NCBI GenBank assembly: GCA_018662075.1
Contig: JABJGX010000011.1
Location: 1 to 43,407, forward strand
Length of the DNA stretch: 43,407 bases
Direction: 5' to 3'
Source of the DNA: Candidatus Peregrinibacteria bacterium
Lineage (GTDB): Bacteria; Patescibacteriota; Gracilibacteria; Peribacterales; Peribacteraceae
Shown here: positions 37,027 through 43,407 of the stretch, piece after piece
How the letters are laid out: each line of letters begins with the position of its first letter
Numbering within the stretch: the stretch's first letter is position 1
Program-made: the position numbers and the translations under genes
Notes under the pieces: model-generated
The model's input: only the letters and a program-made list of their open reading frames with translations
What the model was told of the DNA's origin: nothing
Database searches by the model: none

Positions 37027-37093
37027 ATAAACGACAAAATCTAGCGATTGTTACTCTTTGGATGAAACTTACTGAACAAATTTTGTATTCAAA

Positions 37094-37132
37094 CCTACCC
37101 CTACCCCCTAATCCTAGCCCATTCCTATTCCC
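37094..37132 (-). repeat. G-rich (TAGGG-like) tract at the guaA 3' end
   Basis: Minus strand GGGaataGGaatGGGctaGGattaGGGGGtaGGGGtaGG; resembles 5811-5858. Confidence 0.55.
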
Positions 37133-38906
37133 ACTCAATAGTACCAGGTGGCTTATGAGTAAGATCTTGAAATACCATGTCTATTCCGTCAAGAGAAAGC
37201 AATTCTTTGGTCATCTGCTTTAAAGCAAGTTCTGGGATGACTGCCGCGTTCGCTGTCATTGCTTCTTGGCTTTCTACTGGGCGAAGGACAATAGATTGTC
37301 CTCCTTCAGACGTACCAAATGGAAGTAATACAACAGGAAACTGCCAAATATCTGCATAAAACCCTGCATCGTACATAATACGATGCACCAAAGCGTCTGC
37401 CTCTCTCAAAAGGTCTGACCGCTTCATCGTGACATATCCGGGGGTGAATACAAACTCCGGAACCTCCGCATGGGACGTGCACATAAGGACCCTGTTAAAT
37501 GCACTCGACTGGTTCGGGATAGATGTTGCCAAATTCCAACACTGCTCGTTTGGATACTGCTCGTGTGTGAAAAGCGACACCGCATGTCGGTAACTCCGCC
37601 CGTCTCCTTGAACACCAACAGACTGCACAGGAAGTCCTGCATGTGTAATAGCAATATCTAGATCCTCTTCAATAGTCGATGCAGACTGCGCACAAAGAAT
37701 ACGCACACCGAGTCCTGGTCCTGGGAATGGATGACGCCATACAAGGTCGTGTGGGAGACCAAGCTCAACGCCTAGCTCTCGTACTTCGTCCTTATACAAA
37801 TCACGCAGTGGCTCTATCACAAAACCTTCTTCCATCATCTTTTGGATTTCTGGAATACGATTGTGATGTGTTTTAATCTTATCTGCATTCTTCGTCTCTC
37901 CTGTTTCAATAGTATCTGGATAAATAGTTCCCTGCCCAAGCATCCATCCATCATCCATCGTCAGCCCCATCTCTTCACTCACTCTGCGTTGTACACTTAG
38001 GAATGCATCTCCAATAATCCACCTCTTGTCTTCCGGCTCATACACTTCAACAAGTTTTTTCAAAAAATACTGCGATGCATCTTCAATGCGCAAGTTATCT
38101 ATTCCAAGCTCTTCAAATGCACGACCAACGAGAAGCACTTCATCTTTACGCATCATTCCCGTATCTACCAAGAGTCCTTGCACACGGTCTGTTCCAAGGA
38201 TTTTATTAATCAACACAAAGGCGACAGTGCTATCAACACCGCCTGATACCATCATAAATATTTTACGATCACCCACTTCCTCTTTAATTGCATCGCCTAT
38301 ATTTTTTACATAGCTTCCAATATTCCAAGGCTCTGCATTGCACAAGCTTACAAAATTCTTAATAAGATCTTGTCCATACTCTGTATGAACAACCTCCGGA
38401 TGAAACTGTACTCCGTATAAATCTTTTTCTGTCTGAGCGACAAATGCAAACTCGCAATCATCCGACTTTCCAATGCGCATAAACCCTTCAGGTAACGCAG
38501 AGACAGCATCACCATGACTCATCCACACTGTCATTTCCTCCGGTAAATCACTCAAAACCTTTACATCAGTATGTTCAAGTTGCAGCTTTGCCTTTCCGTA
38601 CTCTTTTACTGTGCCAGGGCTTACCGTACCGCCGAGAGCCTGCACCATCCACTGGAGCCCATAACAAATACCAAACACAGGAATGGCGAGATCAAAAATA
38701 CCAGGATCACCCTGAGGACTCTCACTGTCATACACACTCTGAGGACCACCAGAAAGAATAATACCAGCAGCATTCTTTAGCTCTTCTGCTGGGGTATCTG
38801 CATCCATAATTTCACTATATACACCACATTGCCGCACTCTACGGGCAATTAGATGGGCGTATTGCCCCCCGAAATCGAGTACGATAATTGATTTCTGATG
38901 TTCCAT
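37125..38906 (-). CDS. guaA: GMP synthase (glutamine-hydrolysing), long form
   Basis: LDFGGQY, GICYG, QFHPEV, SGGVDS, QGTIYPD, IKTHHN, RHPFPGPGL, KPPGTIEWE. Confidence 0.97.
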   Translation of the reverse strand: MEHQKSIIVLDFGGQYAHLIARRVRQCGVYSEIMDADTPAEELKNAAGIILSGGPQSVYDSESPQGDPGIFDLAIPVFGICYGLQWMVQALGGTVSPGTVKEYGKAKLQLEHTDVKVLSDLPEEMTVWMSHGDAVSALPEGFMRIGKSDDCEFAFVAQTEKDLYGVQFHPEVVHTEYGQDLIKNFVSLCNAEPWNIGSYVKNIGDAIKEEVGDRKIFMMVSGGVDSTVAFVLINKILGTDRVQGLLVDTGMMRKDEVLLVGRAFEELGIDNLRIEDASQYFLKKLVEVYEPEDKRWIIGDAFLSVQRRVSEEMGLTMDDGWMLGQGTIYPDTIETGETKNADKIKTHHNRIPEIQKMMEEGFVIEPLRDLYKDEVRELGVELGLPHDLVWRHPFPGPGLGVRILCAQSASTIEEDLDIAITHAGLPVQSVGVQGDGRSYRHAVSLFTHEQYPNEQCWNLATSIPNQSSAFNRVLMCTSHAEVPEFVFTPGYVTMKRSDLLREADALVHRIMYDAGFYADIWQFPVVLLPFGTSEGGQSIVLRPVESQEAMTANAAVIPELALKQMTKELLSLDGIDMVFQDLTHKPPGTIEWE

Positions 38907-38982
38907 GAACGCAGTGTACTAATTCTGAAGCATGAATGCGAGTTCTTGACTTTCTATTCTCAAAAGAGTCAAATGCAATACT

Positions 38983-39369
38983 ATGACCATACCAACTGCT
39001 GAAGAAGTTCGAAGTAAATCCTCAAACGTAGACAATGTTTTTTTAAGAGCAGTAGAAAGCTATCGTTATGGGACACCTCAGCCAGATGTAATACGAACTA
39101 TTGCTGACTATAAATCAGAGGCACTTTTACTCATTGCAGACATCATCGAAATAGCACGTGCGGAAGATCCTGAAAAGAACAGCCATAAATCTGTAGAACA
39201 ACTTTTGGCAGATCCTGAATCAGCAAAAAGATTCCACGACCGGTTTATGGATGTACTTGGGCGAAAGATTAATCGCCCTATAAATGCTGTCGAAGAAGGA
39301 AGAATGGTAGACCCTATGGCAAACACAAAAGCGATTTTGCTAGGTGCTACAAAGTACGCTACTCAGTAA
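38983..39369 (+). CDS. Hypothetical protein (128 aa)
   Basis: ATG start, divergent from guaA, 5 nt before the next gene. Confidence 0.7.
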   Translation: MTIPTAEEVRSKSSNVDNVFLRAVESYRYGTPQPDVIRTIADYKSEALLLIADIIEIARAEDPEKNSHKSVEQLLADPESAKRFHDRFMDVLGRKINRPINAVEEGRMVDPMANTKAILLGATKYATQ

Positions 39370-39374
39370 AAACT

Positions 39375-39941
39375 ATGTCTATCCTCGACCGCATCACCGA
39401 AATAACTGCATCATCGAAAGGTGATGAAATAATCAAGATTTGTGATGCAATCATAGCGGAATACGCAGATGACTTTCGTGAACAACTCGGAAAACTTCTC
39501 AAAAAAAAGAAAACTGATCGCGAAGCAATTGTCGAAACTGTATTACAAAGTAGGAACATGGCAGATGGAAGAGCTGAGCATTTCAAAGTAAGTACATTAG
39601 ATAGAAAAAAGGCAGACGAGCAATTGCGGAGCGTCTACGTACGCATAATTACTACACTTATTCAAAAGGGTAAGCTTAAAAATCCAACAGGTAAAGAGGT
39701 GGAAGCGAAAGCATTATCCAGAGCTCACCACCAGTGCATGATAAGCCTTCATGCTATTCGGTCTACTTTTTCAGATGAGTTCGATATAACTTCTGACGAC
39801 AGCATTGCCGACTTCCTGACGACTCTCAACGAAGACGATCCTCCACCAGTAAAAGCACATCTGGATATCCCTCAAGAGCAACGGTCCGATACCCCTCCTC
39901 CTACTCCTTCTCCAAAGACACCGCCGCCAGAATCCACGTAG
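39375..39941 (+). CDS. Hypothetical helical protein with Pro-rich C-terminus (188 aa)
   Basis: ATG start; tail overlaps the convergent gene by 41 nt. Confidence 0.7.
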   Translation: MSILDRITEITASSKGDEIIKICDAIIAEYADDFREQLGKLLKKKKTDREAIVETVLQSRNMADGRAEHFKVSTLDRKKADEQLRSVYVRIITTLIQKGKLKNPTGKEVEAKALSRAHHQCMISLHAIRSTFSDEFDITSDDSIADFLTTLNEDDPPPVKAHLDIPQEQRSDTPPPTPSPKTPPPEST

Positions 39942-41205
39942 TATACGCCACTGCGCTTCCCTCCCATGCATGTAAGAAGAGTGCCGCGATACTTATACCA
40001 ACAAATGGAAGTAATGCATACGGACTACTGCGAAGCCGAAGCAACACAAAAATTATTAATGTTATAAACAAGACAAACCCAAGGATCCCCATTTCGACAC
40101 CCATTTGCAGGTACCAGTTTTCTGGTAGAAGTGGGCAGTTGCATACTCTGCCGTGTGGCTGAACTTGAATGTCTCCTGTAAACACACACAGGTCAGGCCT
40201 ATCGGATGCCCACGACGCATCACTCCCTTCTGGGAGGTGTACACATGCATCACTTACCCTGTTGCTTGCAGGACCTGCTGTTCCGAGCCCAAGCCCGAGA
40301 GGATTCTCTTTCATCACTTCAATAGCTTCTAACGGCCGAGCAAGGTGATTACTATTCGATGCACTTCGCATTACTATGTCCGGTGCAAAGGAATACAAAA
40401 CCATGAATGCCAAAAGTGATGCACTAAAAAGTCCACCAAGGGCGTAAAAAAATACTTTTCTCGGGACACTCTTGAAGAGCACTATCAAAAAGATCACACC
40501 AGATGCTATCCACGCACTCCGTGAAAACGTCAGAAGAATTGCAATCGCAATGAGAATAAGAAACATGTATCGACGTCGAAGCAGTGCAATACTCCAAGGA
40601 AGAAGCAGCCACAGTCCCAACTGATTCGGTCCACTCATTGTTGACTGAATGCGCCGAACCCCAAGCGACTCTATCTGCTGGAATGCAGCAAGTGGACCAT
40701 TTGGAACATAGAGCGAATGCAAATCACTATAACCAAAAAGAGAAAAGAATGATGAAGGGAATGCAAGAGTAGCAATACCAAAAGCTGCAACGACGCTTCC
40801 AACAATAAGTAGTACAGATATGAGCCTCTTTCGAAATGCATCCGACCACTGCACACGTCGAAGAATGACAAACGCAGCAAGTGGAATGAAATCGTATTTA
40901 AATCCGAAAAGATAGAGCTTCCAATCCCCATCTGTCATCGCAGTAACCATAACCGAAAGAATGAGCATGGTAAGAATCAACCAATCAAACATATCGAGCC
41001 TTGGCATTTTTGCCTTCTGCACTATCTCTTTGCAGGCGAGAGCAAGAATAAGAAGAAGCACAGCCTCTTTCCAGAGCGACAAGCTCACCATTGGCGCATT
41101 ACCTGAACCCTGTAACGCCTTCGTACCAACCGTTACCAAAAACGCATGAAGCGGCAGGAGAACCAGCAAGAAGAGAGTCAAACGTTGGCGAAGGGATTGA
41201 AGCAT
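39901..41205 (-). CDS. O-antigen ligase/Wzy_C-like polytopic membrane protein
   Basis: About 11-12 TM; RIQSTMSGPNQLG, TFSRSAW, PLGLGLG, ENWYLQMGVEMGILG; ATG 41205 chosen. Confidence 0.85.
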   Translation of the reverse strand: MLQSLRQRLTLFLLVLLPLHAFLVTVGTKALQGSGNAPMVSLSLWKEAVLLLILALACKEIVQKAKMPRLDMFDWLILTMLILSVMVTAMTDGDWKLYLFGFKYDFIPLAAFVILRRVQWSDAFRKRLISVLLIVGSVVAAFGIATLAFPSSFFSLFGYSDLHSLYVPNGPLAAFQQIESLGVRRIQSTMSGPNQLGLWLLLPWSIALLRRRYMFLILIAIAILLTFSRSAWIASGVIFLIVLFKSVPRKVFFYALGGLFSASLLAFMVLYSFAPDIVMRSASNSNHLARPLEAIEVMKENPLGLGLGTAGPASNRVSDACVHLPEGSDASWASDRPDLCVFTGDIQVQPHGRVCNCPLLPENWYLQMGVEMGILGFVLFITLIIFVLLRLRSSPYALLPFVGISIAALFLHAWEGSAVAYTTWILAAVSLEKE

Positions 41206-41273
41206 CGTACGTAGTATTAAGGGATACGTATTACGGGGCAAGGGATAATCCCTTATCCCTTAATACTTTCCCC

Positions 41274-42599
41274 TTACCCCAACCCAATCCGTTCTTCCTC
41301 TGCTCTAAATATTTCGCCCTTTGAAAGGACATCCTCCACGGCATCGATACACTTACTACTGACATTTTCTCCGTAGATCTTTGGCTTCGCTCTCATATCT
41401 GCATTGTCCCAAGCGTACTCAACCATCTGCTTAATAAGGTTTCCATCGATAGGTGGAGCAATAAGGTTTCCACCGTTAATACCAGACTCTGGCCTATCGG
41501 AACCGAAGCGAAGTGTGACACATGGAACACCCATCACATTCATCTCCTCTTGCATAGACCCACTATCTGTCGCACACACTGCAGCCTTATTCATCGCAGC
41601 AATAACATCGACGTACTCTGCCCACACTGGGCTATACACAAAGTTGTCGTAGTCCTTATTCATCTGGTCGACTTCATCTTTTAGGCCAAAGTTCTTCAGT
41701 GCTGATTCTGTTTTAAATAGTGAGATTAAAAGAACTTTACGACCATCTTCAATGAGCATTTTCATTGCCTCGTAAATGGCACGGAAGCGCTTTTCGTTTG
41801 TACAGTTTTCACCGCGGTGAATACAAAAACGAACGAAGTTTCCGTCAGCAAGCTCTGGATGCTTTTCAAAAATTGTTGAATCTTTTGATCTGTCGAGTGC
41901 ATCATGCGTTGCATCTGCAACACTATTTCCAACAACAAAAATACGATCATCACAGTATCCTTCATCCAGTAAGAACTGCCTGTCGAGTTCTACAGGAGCA
42001 AGGTGCACACCGGTTCCAGCTTCTGCACTACGAGTATTGAACTGTTCTGGGAATGGCTCTTGTGATCCTCGTTCCCAGTTGTTGCGGTCCTGCAGAAATG
42101 CATGCCATGCTTTGCAGTCGAACCCTTCATCGCTCAGTCCAAACTCTTTAAACTTCGGTGTCAGTGTTCTGATCCCTGCTTCAACGTGTACAGATGCAAA
42201 CTTGTGGCAATACCCTGCATTCGCAGCTGCCATACATGTCGTAGTGTCTCCGTGCACATATGGAATAACGATCTTTCCTTTTTCTTTAAGCTCTCCAATA
42301 ACATGTCCGAGTCTTCCAATAATAAGGCTTACCACTTCATGAGCAGCGCCACGAACATTCAAATTGAAATCTGGCTGCACACCAAACTCCTTAAGCATAC
42401 CTCCGGACAAATTCTCATCGTAATGCTGGCCAGTGTGACCAAGAACAACCAGGTGTCCTCTATTCTTTAGCTCTCTATACAGTGGAATTTGTTTAATAAT
42501 ATCTGGCTTTGTTGCAATCATGATCAGATGAACATTCTTATCATCGCTCGCCGCAATGTCATCGTAAAACGCCTCTGATAGATATTCGATCTCTTGCAT
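41274..42599 (-). CDS. wecB: UDP-N-acetylglucosamine 2-epimerase (non-hydrolysing)
   Basis: ATKPDIIK, HTGQHYD, HGDTTT, HVEAGIRT, PEQFN, HRGEN, TDSGSMQEE. Confidence 0.92.
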   Translation of the reverse strand: MQEIEYLSEAFYDDIAASDDKNVHLIMIATKPDIIKQIPLYRELKNRGHLVVLGHTGQHYDENLSGGMLKEFGVQPDFNLNVRGAAHEVVSLIIGRLGHVIGELKEKGKIVIPYVHGDTTTCMAAANAGYCHKFASVHVEAGIRTLTPKFKEFGLSDEGFDCKAWHAFLQDRNNWERGSQEPFPEQFNTRSAEAGTGVHLAPVELDRQFLLDEGYCDDRIFVVGNSVADATHDALDRSKDSTIFEKHPELADGNFVRFCIHRGENCTNEKRFRAIYEAMKMLIEDGRKVLLISLFKTESALKNFGLKDEVDQMNKDYDNFVYSPVWAEYVDVIAAMNKAAVCATDSGSMQEEMNVMGVPCVTLRFGSDRPESGINGGNLIAPPIDGNLIKQMVEYAWDNADMRAKPKIYGENVSSKCIDAVEDVLSKGEIFRAEEERIGLG

Positions 42600-42653
42600 A
42601 CGTATGACAAGGATAGCGAAAAAATACGCTATGACTAGTAAGAATACTGCTTT

Positions 42654-43319
42654 CTACACAGTTCCTTCTTCCACTTTAGACTCTTTCAGAGATGCTCCTT
42701 TGGTGACTATTCCTTCAACATGCATAATCTCGTGACTGATCATCTTCTCGCCATCAAATTTGTAGATATATGGTGTACACAGTCCAATTTCTAATGCTGC
42801 TGTAACATCTGGTGTCAGCCCTTCAAGGTTTTTTACAATTGGACGGAGGCTATTGCCGTGAGCAGCAACGATAACTGTCTTACCCGCAGCAAGGTGTGGC
42901 AAAATATACTGCTGAAAGAACGGCCATGTGCGCTCTTCACAATCCTGCATACTTTCTCCATTCGGAGGACGCGTTGCGAAGCTCCTGCGCCACAGTTGCA
43001 CCTGCTCTTTTCCATGCTTTTCGACAGTTTCCGCCTTGTTTAACCCCTGCAAGTCTCCGTAATGACGCTCGTTTAATGCAGAATCATGAATAACTTCCGG
43101 AGTCTGCCCAAGTTCTTTTAAGATAATATCAAGCGTACCAGTTGCACGCTCAAGACGAGACGTGAATGCGATATCAAACGTAAAATTCTTTAGTGCTGCA
43201 GCTGCTAGTGCAGCGTCAGCTCCTCCACGCTCTGTCAGTGGGACATCTGTCCAACCAGTAAACCTGTTTTCTAAGTTCCATTGAGATTGGCCGTGTCTGA
43301 TAGCAATAAGTGTTCCCAT
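42654..43319 (-). CDS. gpmA: 2,3-bisphosphoglycerate-dependent phosphoglycerate mutase
   Basis: RHGQSQWNLENRFTGW, LNERHYGDLQG, WRRS..PPNGES, AHGNSLR; ATG 43319 chosen. Confidence 0.96.
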   Translation of the reverse strand: MGTLIAIRHGQSQWNLENRFTGWTDVPLTERGGADAALAAAALKNFTFDIAFTSRLERATGTLDIILKELGQTPEVIHDSALNERHYGDLQGLNKAETVEKHGKEQVQLWRRSFATRPPNGESMQDCEERTWPFFQQYILPHLAAGKTVIVAAHGNSLRPIVKNLEGLTPDVTAALEIGLCTPYIYKFDGEKMISHEIMHVEGIVTKGASLKESKVEEGTV

Positions 43320-43377
43320 GGACAGAAGGTTACCTTTATTTCTTCTTCTATCCAAATTTTGCTATACTTCAAGCCTG

Positions 43378-43407
43378 ATGGACATCAAAAGACTATCTCG
43401 TCGGCGC
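43378..43407 (+). CDS. Probable start of a gene truncated by the window edge (MDIKRLSRRR)
   Basis: ATG 9 nt after TGcTATACT; only 10 codons visible. Confidence 0.4.
   Translation, partial: MDIKRLSRRR

Noticed and set aside
38946..38972. Inverted repeat TTGACT..AGTCAA between guaA and the orphan pair as an operator
   Set aside because: Only a 6-bp arm, single occurrence; could be divergent -35 boxes or chance
106..43093. Many short alternative-frame and antisense ORFs in the track
   Set aside because: They overlap well-supported genes and lack motifs; treated as shadow ORFs
1..43407. Genetic code 25 (TGA=Gly) as in Gracilibacteria
   Set aside because: All conserved proteins are full-length under code 11 with no internal TGA
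1..43407. CRISPR array, prophage, integrase/transposase or rRNA
   Set aside because: No regularly spaced repeats or recognisable genes of these kinds seen

Overview
Gene-dense chromosomal window from a reduced-genome bacterium. Gene content, lineage-specific giant or acidic proteins and scarce Shine-Dalgarno motifs suggest Patescibacteria/CPR, probably Peribacteria/Peregrinibacteria-like (inference). It holds 43 complete CDSs, two edge-truncated CDSs and tRNA-Glu(CTC). Housekeeping genes include hpf, rplY, uvrC, rlmH, rlmD, secD, folB/folK/folE, folA, thyA, nth, a dnaQ-like exonuclease, def, gatB, efp, guaA, wecB and gpmA. Main observations: (1) a 7TM gene followed by a three-part fusion of ATP-grasp ligase, inactive RimB-like aspartic peptidase and MATCAP/DUF1704 carboxypeptidase, a candidate one-polypeptide writer/eraser peptide-tagging system next to hpf and rplY; (2) no gene relies on TGA (23 TAG, 19 TAA, and one TGA immediately followed by TAA); (3) an integrase-free ~5 kb islet at the tRNA-Glu 3' end carrying a 1503-aa toxin/effector-like protein; (4) a 30-32 bp structured palindromic mini-element, in frame in uvrC and frameshifting a relic duplicate 5' end of gatB; (5) domain novelties in UvrC and SecD, a stand-alone SecD-P1 lipoprotein, a folK lacking a canonical start, G-rich tracts at gene ends, and many -10 boxes directly before start codons. 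All family calls come from motif recognition by eye; no searches were run.
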